Assembly: GCA_004764695.1 (NCBI GenBank)
Contig: SMSO01000035.1
Span: forward strand, 496,001-560,000
Direction of reading: 5' to 3'
Length of the DNA stretch: 64,000 nucleotides
From: Schizochytrium sp. TIO01
Lineage: Eukaryota > Protista > Bigyra: Labyrinthulomycetes
The notes below the pieces were generated by a model. That model did not search any database and had not been told where the DNA came from. It saw only the letters and a program-made list of their open reading frames with translations. The position numbers were made by a program, and so were the translations under genes. Of this stretch, positions 13,485 through 24,244 are shown piece by piece. Every line of letters starts with the position of its first letter. The stretch's first letter is position 1.

Positions 13485-15395
13485 TTAAGCCATGTTAAGA
13501 GTGCGCGAAGCGGGAGAGTTGGAAAATGTTGAGGTACCATGGTTCTGGTTAGTCACAGAAGGAGACGCCTCAGATACAGTTTCTAGCTGTCGCAGCGGCG
13601 ATGCTTCATTCTGCTCCAGTTTGGAGTATGTTGGCATTGTGGCAGCCCTTGACGGACGGTTGAATTCATCCAGAGATTCCACCATAGGCTGATTGAGGGT
13701 TTCGCGAAACAACAGGAATGATACAGCCGTTGCAACATACCAGAGCGAAGCGTAGCAAGTTGCTGCTAAGGCGAAGGAGCGCGCGGTAAGCGCTGTGACG
13801 CCAAACGGTGCAATAATAGGTGCAAGGCGGTGGCTTAAATGGCACGTGCTAAATGCGGTTACCCTTACTGAAGTCGGGAACGTCTCCGGAGTGTAGGTGT
13901 ACAGCGCATGATAGATGATGGAGATTCCGACATGACTGCATACTAGCATACCACATACCATGATGAAGGAGGATTCCAGTTGACTAATCAAGAGCGTGCA
14001 AGACGCTACAATGCAGAGGCCGAGACGAAGTTCCGTAAGGCGCTTCATGCGGGTAGAGAGACAGGTAACTACAAAAGATCCGCACAGACTTCCGACGCCC
14101 AAAGCCATCGCAATCTTATAAGGGACCTTATCAACGTCCAGAAAGCGCTTCTTGAGCTCCAATGGCAAAAAGGAGAACAGAGAGTAGGCAAAACTATTTA
14201 GAAACCAAATTGCCATGAGAGGGAGCAAAGCGCTCATGACACGCCAGTCGCAGAACATAGAAACACCTAAGCGTACATACCAAGGTTTACGGGCCTGAAT
14301 ACCACCGGGGGCAGAGATAGGTCCGCCGTCTGAGTCCTCATCTTCCTCAACATGAATTCCTTCAAGGCGTTGTACCGAGAAGCATTTTGGCGTGGGCTTG
14401 CCGTTGACCCTCGCAATGCGCTCGACGACACGCACGGCCTCCTCGTAACGCTGGTTCATGATATAGAAACGCACAGATCCGGGCATGTAAAAGAGAATTA
14501 TACAGACAGGGAGGCCAAGAAGCGAGGTGATGCGTACGATGCTTTCCCATCCCCAAGAATCCATAAAGAGCCATGAGAAGCCTGAGATAAAAAGGCCTCC
14601 AAGAGTAAATGAAAACGTTGTAAGAGCCGAAAAAAAGCCACGATACTGGGTGGGCGTGCTTTCGAGTAGCAGCGTCGCCGCAGATACGAGGTTGCCTCCG
14701 TATCCAAAGCCAGTAAACATTCTTAAAACGGCAAAAACCATAATGCTCGATGCATACGAAGAGATGTACCCAAAGAGGATACAGCAGCTTAGGCTCACGT
14801 GGTAAACGACCTTTCTGCCAATGACATCCGAGAGCCTACCGAAGACGAGCGTGCCGGCCACCATGCCAATGGCTGTCATGCTCGGAATCACCGAGAGGTC
14901 CGTTTCTGGAACATGCCAAAGGTCTGGAAACTTGGCTAGGAGCAGCGACAAGATGCTCATCTCTGCTGCCTCCACGAAGAATCCTAGTGATGCTGTGAAG
15001 AAAATACCCAAATGGTAGAGTCCGATTCCAATTTCATCGAAAGCTGCGTCTACAAGTTTCATGCGCTCATTGTCTGTCGTGCACAGCATTGGAAGTCCGT
15101 CGTCATCTAGATTTCTGCCATTTGCGTTCTGTCCGAATTGCTCACTGTATCCATTATTCGAGCCGCCATTCGATGACCCATTGAAGTTCAGACCTTGGCC
15201 ATTTCCTGAGGCCGTTGTTTCGCTAAGTTCAATCGCCTCAAACCCTCCGCTGGTCACGCGTCTTTCACAGGCCTCCAATTCTGACACACGAAGGTTCTGT
15301 TCGCTTGCCCCTCTACGACGCCGCGCGAGCTCATTCCCGCCTAGCATTTCTTCGGCTGACTCTACCTCCGCGATGCCCTCAAGAGCCTCCTCCAT
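13485..15395 (-). CDS. MFS transporter, SV2/SVOP-like (sugar/organic cation transporter family)
   Basis: About 12 hydrophobic segments; MFS motif A GRLSDVIGRK; LLESTP..RG; YTYTPETFPTSVR. Confidence 0.88.
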   Translation of the reverse strand: MEEALEGIAEVESAEEMLGGNELARRRRGASEQNLRVSELEACERRVTSGGFEAIELSETTASGNGQGLNFNGSSNGGSNNGYSEQFGQNANGRNLDDDGLPMLCTTDNERMKLVDAAFDEIGIGLYHLGIFFTASLGFFVEAAEMSILSLLLAKFPDLWHVPETDLSVIPSMTAIGMVAGTLVFGRLSDVIGRKVVYHVSLSCCILFGYISSYASSIMVFAVLRMFTGFGYGGNLVSAATLLLESTPTQYRGFFSALTTFSFTLGGLFISGFSWLFMDSWGWESIVRITSLLGLPVCIILFYMPGSVRFYIMNQRYEEAVRVVERIARVNGKPTPKCFSVQRLEGIHVEEDEDSDGGPISAPGGIQARKPWYVRLGVSMFCDWRVMSALLPLMAIWFLNSFAYSLFSFLPLELKKRFLDVDKVPYKIAMALGVGSLCGSFVVTCLSTRMKRLTELRLGLCIVASCTLLISQLESSFIMVCGMLVCSHVGISIIYHALYTYTPETFPTSVRVTAFSTCHLSHRLAPIIAPFGVTALTARSFALAATCYASLWYVATAVSFLLFRETLNQPMVESLDEFNRPSRAATMPTYSKLEQNEASPLRQLETVSEASPSVTNQNHGTSTFSNSPASRTLNMA

Positions 15396-16799
15396 CCCTC
15401 AAGGAGGGGCCGAGAGTAGCGCACTGCCCACGGAGAGCAAAGCCCTCCTAAGGTCAGCTACGGCAACGCGCAGAAAGGGCTTTGCCTTGATGCAGCGATA
15501 AATTCGGTTGAATGAACGTATTGAATGAATTCAACATCAACTTCACCAATCTCTTCCAAACGCAGACCCAGTCACTATAATATTTGGCGCTATTATTAGT
15601 TTTTGTTTGTTTATTTGTTTTTAATTAAAAACTAGAAAAATAAAATATATGCAGGCACGGCCTATCTATATATAGTCTTCATGTTTATTTTTTATAGGTT
15701 AATTTCTGAGGGTACGACTCCGATAAAGAATACAAAAATCAGAAACTTTGCATAGGCATCCTGAACAGATAAGAGCTGCCTGTCTAGGTACTACTAAGTG
15801 CAGTGAAGGACTGATCAATTACGCCCATGTCCTTGCCTCAGACCACTCTTATCATCTGAAGAAGGATAGGTACCTCGATATCAATCAGCTCCATGGCCTC
15901 GTTTCTTTTAACACGGTTACTTGCTTTCAACATCAGAGGCGAGAATCGCTAAAAAACACTTTGCCTTCACAGATTAATGTAAACCAAACAACGACGCTTT
16001 CCATTACCCAATCAACGAGCGTTGCGAGGAAGTGAAGGGGAGGTCCCTGCACTCTGCCTGCTGCGGCTGGAAATCTAGTTGTATTATTTATGAATATCCG
16101 CTGCTTACAGGCTGGCTGCCATTGAAGGAGAAAGGTTCTGACAGAGTTACCAAGTCTCGCCTTCAACGCCGAAACAAGAGCTCCACACAAACACTGGTCC
16201 CAAAGTTGGGTATACTCTCGACAAAGTAGAATATACGCTACGGTAGAATAGGCTACAGGACAAATAGTTAACTTGTGGGTCGAAGAAGAAGCCAGCCGCG
16301 GTGCCCCCTTTCCAATGTTAGCCTTCATTTTCATTTTCTTTTCATTATCTTTTTATCACAAAAGCTTTTTTAAGTTTTACATTTTATCATCTTATTTTTA
16401 ATTTTAAAAAAGAATAAAAGAAAGTATCCTCTGGAAGGATGCTGCTGATTGATGGGGAGGGGAGTCTTGGGATCGCTTTAAGAAGCTTCACTTTACGCAA
16501 CCTGAGCCAAGCTTAGCGGCGTGCGCTTTAATAGCTATGCCCAGCTGTGCTGCTAGCAGGCCTCCGAATTTCAAAGAAGTTTGTTACGTTTTGGTTGTCA
16601 AACACAAAGCTCCATTTGTTCAACGCATCGCCACCTGTTAGACAAAGAGGTCAATGCAAAGCAATTGCAAACAAACAGTTTATTGCTACACTTGTTGACG
16701 GTAGTAGAACATTCAATGATTAGCTGATTATGGAATGTAGGTCTATATATAACTATTGATCATGGTTCTTGGATTTTCAGACATAGATGACGAGACAGA

Positions 16800-19502
16800 T
16801 TATGCATAACCAAACACCTTGGAACGAAAGTATGTCGCTGTGTAGAGGCCATAGTGCATAATGTTGTAAAAGGCAGAAACGGAGTTCTGAACTGTGCGCA
16901 CCACGAAATTGTCTGTTCCGACGAGACGCGAAGGTAATGTTTTAGAGGATTTTCTATCGCGGTAGAATTTGTAGGTAGACTTCGAGCCGTCATGCGTGAA
17001 CACAGGGGCGAAGCGAGCCATAGCATGGATGCACGCAGCATTATGATTTACTCCTGTTGCATCCCCATTCATTGAAGCCTTAATGCGTAAGGAGAGCTCT
17101 TGGGCGGCATGCCGCCACATGCAATCCGGTTCGAGAGCTTTGTCCACCAACGCCGTGCAGACCGAAGGGAAGTCATTAATGTGGACGGGATGGGGTCCAA
17201 TGCCAAGGGAATGACAGCGACGGCCCCAAAAGCGCTGATCGAAGAGCAAAACACCTGTGACAATCACTGGGACACCTGCCATTAATATTTCTGCCGTGGC
17301 TCCAAGGCCACCATGCGAGACGATCAGGTCCATTTCTGCGAATAAGCGATCATACGGTGCGCCTTGTAGACAGTGCATACGGTTTTGCGCAATAAGTTCA
17401 AGCACACGTCGCTCTAGAGGACATTCCATAGAAAAATCTTCTTGACGATATGCGTGTTCGCCCATCAAGGCTATAACTGCAACGTCTTCTTTGCACTCAG
17501 TAGCTAATGTGACCGAGATACTCAGGATCTGCTCGCGCTTCACAGGCATTGAACTAAAAGCTAGTACAACAAGCTTACCTCCTCGTGCACGAGTAGCATC
17601 GATAAACTTTTTGGTGTCTGATTGGAGTTCTGGAATTGTCTGACCTCGTAAAAAGATAAAATTCGTGAGCACAGTCGATGATGTAGACCAGTCAGCAGGT
17701 TTGCCACCAAAGGCAACTTGATTTATAGGAACAATGAGCGGTACTTTCTTTTCTTGAAGTTGCATCATGGTGTTACCCTGGAAAATGTCCCAAAGATTAC
17801 GTAAGGAAAGGTGCGACATCGGCTGTAGACCTCGATCATAACGCATGCGAGCCAAGCCTCCCGTGAAAGGCTGATTTTCTAAAACTAGCTTTAGGGATGT
17901 CAAACTGACGTGGCGAACATGGTTAATCATGTTCCTGCACATGTTGATTGCCTTTTGGCCATGTGCAACAGGGGCAGACCCAAAATGGAGTGGAGGATAC
18001 TGTACAGAGGGAATACAAGTAGGTTGAAGCACGAGACCGAGCAGGGGGATCTGCAAAGCCTCACTAATGATCATAGCCACATGAGTAAGCGTAAATCCAA
18101 ACAAGAGATAGTCTGGCTTGAGCTTTCGTGCATGATGGTAAATCGCAGCTTCGGAATCGAAAAATTCAACTTCGGAGTAAGCCATCATAATGTGTTGCAT
18201 AGGGATTGAGTTGCGCTGAATAGCCCAACGCGCTACTTTGCTATCTATGCGGCGCTGCGTGTCACCACCTGATACACGAAATTGTACAGCACCTCGCTCG
18301 AGACCTTTGGTGTGAGCCTCGACAAAACTTTTATAACGAAGTTCTGTGCAAATGGTGACAAGCCAGTTGTAATTGTTAGCCAATGCACGAGCTAAGGCGA
18401 TGAAAGGCTGAATGTCACCTCGAGTACCTCGTGTCATGATGAAGAGGTGGCGCTCATAGTCTTCCGTCTTTGGGGCAGATGATGCAACAGAATCTCGACG
18501 AGTATTTATGCCCCAGGAAGGAGGTATGCTACTAGCTTCGAGGCCAACTCGTAAAACGCTTACAGGATCAGGCTCGGCTTTGCCGACAAGTACCCGGTCG
18601 CCGTTTTTGGAACAAAGAATAAGCTCATTTACGGGGCGTGCCATGAGCTCTTGCAGGGTGACTTCTACGCGACCAAGTTCCTCTTCAGGAGTTCGGCGAT
18701 GTTGGACAACCAGAGAAATTTCGAGTTTTGAAGAAGGGAACAGATTAAAGCCAAGGTTGAGAAATTCCATCCACATAACTGCAGATCCTTCATTTGTACG
18801 CTGGGCCCGTGTTTCCTTAATGTCACATTCAAGTGAGTTTTCGATAACGCGAATGCGCACAAAGTAGTGAGTCGCACGCAAACCACGTAAAGACCTTGGT
18901 GGACTTGTTAAGCCCATCACCAGAATCCGGACTCCGTGCATGAGATCATCTTCATCACTGGGGTATATTGACTGGCCTAGTGTTAAATTCGCGTCAAAGC
19001 TCTCGTCCAGGGTCTCGCTATCAGTGGAAAATGATCGTGATTCGCTTCGCCCACGCATGACTTCATCTATTGCAAAGTCTGAAATTGAAATGCGCCTTGC
19101 ACTGAGTGCCGTTGCTTCGCCTTCTAATGCAGCAGTTGACGAATGATACATTGTTTCTTTTCGTCCCACGTAGCAGTACAATTGGCTGGGTTGGAACTCT
19201 TCTTCGTTGCCCCTAACTGGGCGCATGACTCCTCTCAAGACGAATTTCTGGCAGACCCCCTCCGCTTCGCTCTGCGAAGCTGCCAGCCCTTTTGCCAGCA
19301 GTGCATCGACAACTTCTTCGCCTGTGAAGCATCTAAAGAACATGCTCACGTCAATTCGATGATCAGTGCTCGCTACATCTCCCAAAACTTCCTCTCGTAG
19401 AGCGTCCAAGGGGCTGTCTGCAATCGCATCTCTCCATGAACGCCCTTTGCCTCGCGAAGGTACCGTATCCATCGCGTTGTCCATTGCGACTTTGTCTGCC
19501 AT
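16800..19502 (-). CDS. Sterol 3-beta-glucosyltransferase-like GT1/GT28-fold enzyme with N-terminal DEP and C2 domains
   Basis: GT motifs: IMTRGTRGDIQPFIALARAL and IVSHGGLGATAEILMAGVP...FDQRFWG. DEP: CFTGEEVVDALL...EAEGVCQKFVLRGVMRPV...F...LYCY. C2-like beta region ends LGRVEVTLQEL. The first ATG (MADKV) is at 19502; the ORF track starts upstream at a non-ATG codon. Confidence 0.85.
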   Translation of the reverse strand: MADKVAMDNAMDTVPSRGKGRSWRDAIADSPLDALREEVLGDVASTDHRIDVSMFFRCFTGEEVVDALLAKGLAASQSEAEGVCQKFVLRGVMRPVRGNEEEFQPSQLYCYVGRKETMYHSSTAALEGEATALSARRISISDFAIDEVMRGRSESRSFSTDSETLDESFDANLTLGQSIYPSDEDDLMHGVRILVMGLTSPPRSLRGLRATHYFVRIRVIENSLECDIKETRAQRTNEGSAVMWMEFLNLGFNLFPSSKLEISLVVQHRRTPEEELGRVEVTLQELMARPVNELILCSKNGDRVLVGKAEPDPVSVLRVGLEASSIPPSWGINTRRDSVASSAPKTEDYERHLFIMTRGTRGDIQPFIALARALANNYNWLVTICTELRYKSFVEAHTKGLERGAVQFRVSGGDTQRRIDSKVARWAIQRNSIPMQHIMMAYSEVEFFDSEAAIYHHARKLKPDYLLFGFTLTHVAMIISEALQIPLLGLVLQPTCIPSVQYPPLHFGSAPVAHGQKAINMCRNMINHVRHVSLTSLKLVLENQPFTGGLARMRYDRGLQPMSHLSLRNLWDIFQGNTMMQLQEKKVPLIVPINQVAFGGKPADWSTSSTVLTNFIFLRGQTIPELQSDTKKFIDATRARGGKLVVLAFSSMPVKREQILSISVTLATECKEDVAVIALMGEHAYRQEDFSMECPLERRVLELIAQNRMHCLQGAPYDRLFAEMDLIVSHGGLGATAEILMAGVPVIVTGVLLFDQRFWGRRCHSLGIGPHPVHINDFPSVCTALVDKALEPDCMWRHAAQELSLRIKASMNGDATGVNHNAACIHAMARFAPVFTHDGSKSTYKFYRDRKSSKTLPSRLVGTDNFVVRTVQNSVSAFYNIMHYGLYTATYFRSKVFGYA

Positions 19503-20900
19503 GGTTACTCTCCACGAATCGTGTATGCAGGAAGATGAAATTGGCCTTTCCAAACAAAGTAAGAAGAAATTCTGCAGAATCTCGCCGCTCTCCACGTTGT
19601 TTTTACGGTCCGTTGAGTACTTACTCTACTGCTATGGTTTTATATAAGAGGCTCCGATTGATCACAATTTTTTGGTCTGAAAGAAAGTTTCAAAGAGGGA
19701 AAAACAAATTTAAAAAAGACCTTTGGGTACAGTTCCGCGACAAAGAGAGGAACTAGAAAATATCAGAGTGCCCAAGTCTGCCCGGCTCTGCCTTTACCCG
19801 GGCTCTCTGTCAGAACCACTCCCGTCAACTGCCCACGCCTAAGGCCTGCTCCCAGCTTCCTCCAAGCGGTCTTCGGCCCGGGCAGAGCAGAGCAGAGCAG
19901 AGCAAAGCGGAGTAGAGCTGAGTAGCAAGTACACGCTTCCTCTCGTCTGCTGTCAATTGCAGTTCTGCTTTCACGTTTTAGAGACAGCGCGATGACGCAC
20001 CAGGACGAAAAACGAGGGGGGCACTCGGCACCTATATGTGATCATTCAAACCACAGCTCCTCCCCGCGGCGCTGACCCTCCACTTCTATCATGGCACATT
20101 GTCACACACTGCCCCCCTCGAGCCTGCGCTGTCCACTTTTGCCTTCTCCAAGTTCTTCATCTCCAAGTTCTGCCATTTCTGCACTTTATTATCCGCCTCC
20201 TTCGGCTCCACCTCCGCCTTCGTCTGCGTCTCGCCCTTCCTCTCGGGCGCCTCTCCTCTCCAGGTCTTCGTCCCTGGCAGACTGACTCTCGTCGCCCTGG
20301 CCCTGCGCTGATCGGGCGCGAGCATGCGGCACCAACCGACCTGTCGCGGGACCGACTGACCGACAGACCGACCGCACGACCGACAGCCCTCGCTTCGCTC
20401 GCCCTCGTCTGCGCCATGGCCAGCGTCGCGCTCGCGGGCCCCGCTGAGCTCGGGCAGACAAGCCAAGCAGCCAACGAAAGCCCTCACGCGGTGACCAATT
20501 TACACGAGATCTCCGCGACGTCGCCGATGAAATCTCTGGGCCGCCATTTCTCTATTGTGCGCTCCGCCACCTTCCCCGCCATCCTCGCGTGGCGCGACGA
20601 CTCTGTCACGGCCGTGAAGACGCTCGCGAAGATCGTGAAGCACTTGAAGCACTTGAAGCACCTGAAGGGCGCTCGAGCTTAGACCATCAAAACTGCTCTT
20701 GGCACGGCGACCGTGGACCCCAACGACGCGAAGGAAGGCGGTGGCAGACCTGCAACGCAGGGAGGAGGACAGCCCTCGAGGATAGATCGATGGGCGAGCA
20801 CCTCGACTTTCTCTCTCTGCGGTTTGCGGCTCTTCCGGACTCCGAAGCGTGCACGCTCAAGCTCAAGTTACTCCGGTTCCAACGTCTTCCCTTGAACTCG

Positions 20901-21000
20901 AACTTGAACTCGAACTCTCGAACTTGAGCTTGAGCTCTCAAACTTGAGCTTGGGCTCTCAAACTTGAGCTTGAACTCTCAAACTTGAGCTTGAACTCTCA
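20901..21000 (+). repeat. Tandem array of five 20-bp units, consensus AACTTGAGCTTGAACTCTCA
   Basis: Units start at 20901, 20921, 20941, 20961 and 20981. The last two are perfect; the distal ones are degenerate. Confidence 0.95.
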
Positions 21001-21187
21001 TACCCAGTACATCCCCTTTTCTCTTTGCTCCCGCAGCAGGGGCAGCAGCTGCTGTCTTCTTCTTAATCCCCCAACTAATGACCAAAACATCCTGAGAACG
21101 CTTCACACGATAACCAAGCTCAACTAAACGAACCTTAACCTGCTTAGCATGAAAGGAGTCCCAGAGGCCAGTGCAGAAGAGAAGCAT
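20978..21187 (-). pseudogene. Fragment resembling the C-terminal half of a small conserved NCLDV (giant virus) protein
   Basis: VKVRLVELGYRVKRSQDVLVISW matches the L-x-x-x-G-[FY]-x-V...L-x-ISW pattern that I recall from phycodnavirus/mimivirus DUF5759-type proteins. The ORF reads into the repeat array. Confidence 0.4.
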
Positions 21188-21580
21188 CTCTACAGATGCA
21201 TAATGCGTTATCGCGAATCTTTGAAAATAGTCAACGAGGAAGAACTAGAAAAAGGCTTCCGTGGCGCCTATTATGACAAAGAAAAATTGGATACCTTTGA
21301 TCGCATGATGGAAATCTCTTCAACATTTGCCACCTATGTATGTATTTGCAAAACGTAGAAAGACATAAGTGCCACTTAGGTTTTATACTAGTTCTTTCAA
21401 GTATTATTTTTTTAAGCCTTTTAAGGTATAAGAAATCATTATGAGGTACGCTTTTCTCATTACAATCTCACAAACTCACATACTCCCTCTGAGTAAGCGA
21501 GGGAAAAGCTTCAATTGCAGCAAAAACACCATCAACAGCAAGCAAAACGCAAACGACAACCATGCCAGGTGGCAGGCAGC

Positions 21581-23480
21581 ATGTCGGACACCGACTACAG
21601 TGACGATGAAGTTGATGCTGAAGATGATGCTGAAGATGATGTTATACTTTCATACCAGACGATGCAGAATATGCCTGATGAACAACGTCGACGTATAAGC
21701 CCAACTGATTTTATAGATATGGATCCCGACACCCTCGGCTTGCTCCACGAGAAACGCAAACAATTGACTAAACCGCAACGCATGATGCTCAAGCATCTAC
21801 GTGACGTGAAGCGGAATTCCCGACGACAAAGAGCAGAAGGCAGAGCAGAAGGCAGAGCAGAAGGCAGAGCAGAAGGCAGAGCAGAAGGCATTGCTAGCAC
21901 TCGAGAGCCCGTGGAGACGGCCCTACAAAAGTACCTCTTTTCTAACATTACATGTACCAAGGACAAGTTGACCGCGCCAACACCATCGGCATGGGCTTTG
22001 CCGTTCACCTCATGCTATTTTTGGGGAGGCTTCGATGATGAAGTGATTAATGATCCAGGCTGGCGTCTTATTAGAAGAATTCATTGCAAAAGCTATTTTC
22101 GAACCCCTGGAAAACTTCGACATTCGCGAAAGTGCCGACGCGGCAAAAATGGCCTTTTATTCGAAGGTCTGTCTACCAATTCAAAAAGTAGGGGTACAAG
22201 TTGACAAATTTGATAAATTCGTCATTGAGTCTGAAGAACCGATCGGCCTCACACTAAAGTCAGATATCAACCTATTGACACTTGAAGATGAAAACGGGGA
22301 ACAGGTTCGCAGGGTTTTCTGTGTCATCGAGGCAAAGCGACCAAACCAGTTACTGACAGAACATGGGGGTGTAGCTAATCAAACCGTGGAAAATCGCAGG
22401 AGGAGAGCACCAAATAACGGACTTCATAATAATAGTTCTCGCCGCCCTCAGACATTGGATGGTCTCTGTCAGTTGCTTGGAAACATGGTGATCTACGGCC
22501 TGAAGTACGGAGTTCTAACATCTTTTGAGCTCACGTACTTCTGCAAGCGTAACGAAAAAGGTGAGATATGGGTTTCAAAGGGATTCTACGGAATCCAGAA
22601 TGGTGACGACATTAGTGTCAATTATGCGATGGCTGCATTCATCTATAAAATCCTTCACGACAACAACAGAGGGCTCCCCTATCCGTCCATAGACAGCGAG
22701 TCGGTTGGAGTACGGTCGTTCTATGGAATGTGCCAGGATTACTGGGGCGGGAAGCAAGGCGGAAAGAGAAATACCCTCGAGATTTTGGAAGACAAGATCG
22801 GACCAGCTTGCGCAGATTTCATCAGATCCACGATAGCGAGCGCGGCTAATCAGGCCGGTCAGGAAGATGAGATCGAGGCTCTCCGCAATAAAGTCGCCAG
22901 CTTCCTACCCCTGAGCGAGAAGGCCTTCAGCATGCCTCTACCCTGGGAGGAGGACTTTAAGCGTGTGGCGGAAGGCGTGGTTCGGATTCCTTGGATTTCC
23001 TATAAAGGTTTCACGTGGAACGTCTTTGTCAAGGCTATGCCAACTCCGAAGGATTGGCCGAGGTGGCTTTTGGCAGAGAGCAAGGAGTCCTTTCTCAAAG
23101 AGGTTGAGTTCTACAAGGGTCCCCTGTACGAATTGCAGGGTCTCTACATCCCTTTCTTGGTGTATGGCGGCGTGTTCCACAAGAAAGTAATCATCGCCAC
23201 GACCTCTTCGGGTGTAACTGCGACTGAAGAGCTGGTGATCACTCATCGTGATTGGGCACCCCGTTCGATCAGAGAATCGCTTGCGCGCGTGCACCAGGCG
23301 GGCGTCTTGCACGGTGACATCGCCTGGCGCAACATTGCACTCAACCTGGAGTCCAAGACTGCGCATTTGATCGACTTTGGCCGCGCCACCCAACATAAAG
23401 ACCCCAAGGAGTTTGCGAAGCTCCAGACTCAAGACAAGGAGGCGCTCGAGGACTTGCTATCCTGTGTCAGGACACGATAA
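21581..23480 (+). pseudogene. Crinkler/CR-type effector-like gene: acidic/RAEG-repeat N-terminus + PD-(D/E)XK nuclease fold + protein kinase, split by a +1 frameshift near 22049
   Basis: REase-like motifs SD...VFCVIEAK...QLLGNM...YGVLTSFELTYF. Kinase motifs VFVK, EVEFY, LQGLYIP, VHQAGVLHGDIAWRNI, LIDFG. Frame 1 (from ATG 21581) gives FWGGFDDEVI, and the sequence then continues in the frame of ORF 22050-23480. Confidence 0.7.
21830..21889 (+). repeat. 5 x 12-bp perfect coding repeat AGAGCAGAAGGC (RAEG x5)
   Basis: Directly visible in the sequence. Confidence 0.95.
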
Positions 23481-23538
23481 CGACTGCGCGACTCATTCAG
23501 AGCATTCAAGCAAGCATTTGGCGTAGGAAAAAAACTAA

Positions 23539-24030
23539 ATGAACAATATTGATTCTTCTTCTTCTTCTTCTTCAGACCTGGTGCTTCTATCTATGAACAA
23601 GCCAGCAAAGGAAAAAGGCATTGTATCCGTCTTTCCAGAACTCGAATCGTTAACTTTTACTTATTGGGTTAATGACCTACCCATCGAAAAGATATACGTC
23701 CCTCCCAAATTGCGCGTCGGCAAGCTCTATCAGAATATATTTGAAGTCGTAGCGATGGCGCCAAAGCTGGTTAACTTAAATTTCCATCGTCGTTCTCTCA
23801 GATACGTCGGGGTGATGTATCCTGGTTATCACATGGACCGAAGAACTCGTGATGTTATAAAGAGGAGTTTGCCACGCACACTGCACGCGATTTCTTATGA
23901 CTGTTTCGACGACAATTTTAAGGAACCTATTCATCAAGCGGTCCGAGAGCTGCGTCTGCCACGCTTGGTACACGGGAATATCTTTGGCTTTTCCCACTCG
24001 GAGGGATGTAGGTATGGTTGGGTGAGTTGA
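23539..24030 (+). CDS. Hypothetical protein with degenerate LRR/FNIP-like repeats (possibly truncated)
   Basis: The ATG follows an A-run. Segments FPELESLTF, PPKLRV, PKLVNLNF and LPRTLHAISY...NFKEPI resemble FNIP/LRR units. Confidence 0.4.
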   Translation: MNNIDSSSSSSSDLVLLSMNKPAKEKGIVSVFPELESLTFTYWVNDLPIEKIYVPPKLRVGKLYQNIFEVVAMAPKLVNLNFHRRSLRYVGVMYPGYHMDRRTRDVIKRSLPRTLHAISYDCFDDNFKEPIHQAVRELRLPRLVHGNIFGFSHSEGCRYGWVS

Positions 24031-24244
24031 ATGCTAGGTTCGGTGAGGGAATGGATGCCTGTCTTAGTTTCTACCGTATCAACTTGTACCATTCCAAGTT
24101 GCTGGACTGCGGCTTGGTTAGTTCTCAGCGACAGAGAGTGCAAGCGCGAGATCGATATATGGATATCTCAGAGGATTTGTCTTACAGTGGATCTATCGAA
24201 GAATCTGGGGCCGATGAGTCTTGGCAGGAACTGGAGGCGGGTTG

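Larger units (their letters stand above)
21001..24244. mobile_element. 3.24-kb foreign (virus/mobile-element-like) block inserted within the 20-bp repeat array
   Basis: Flanked on both sides by the same 20-bp units in direct orientation. Contains compact, intronless, fragmented ORFs unlike the host genes. No transposase, integrase or TIR is visible. Confidence 0.5.
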
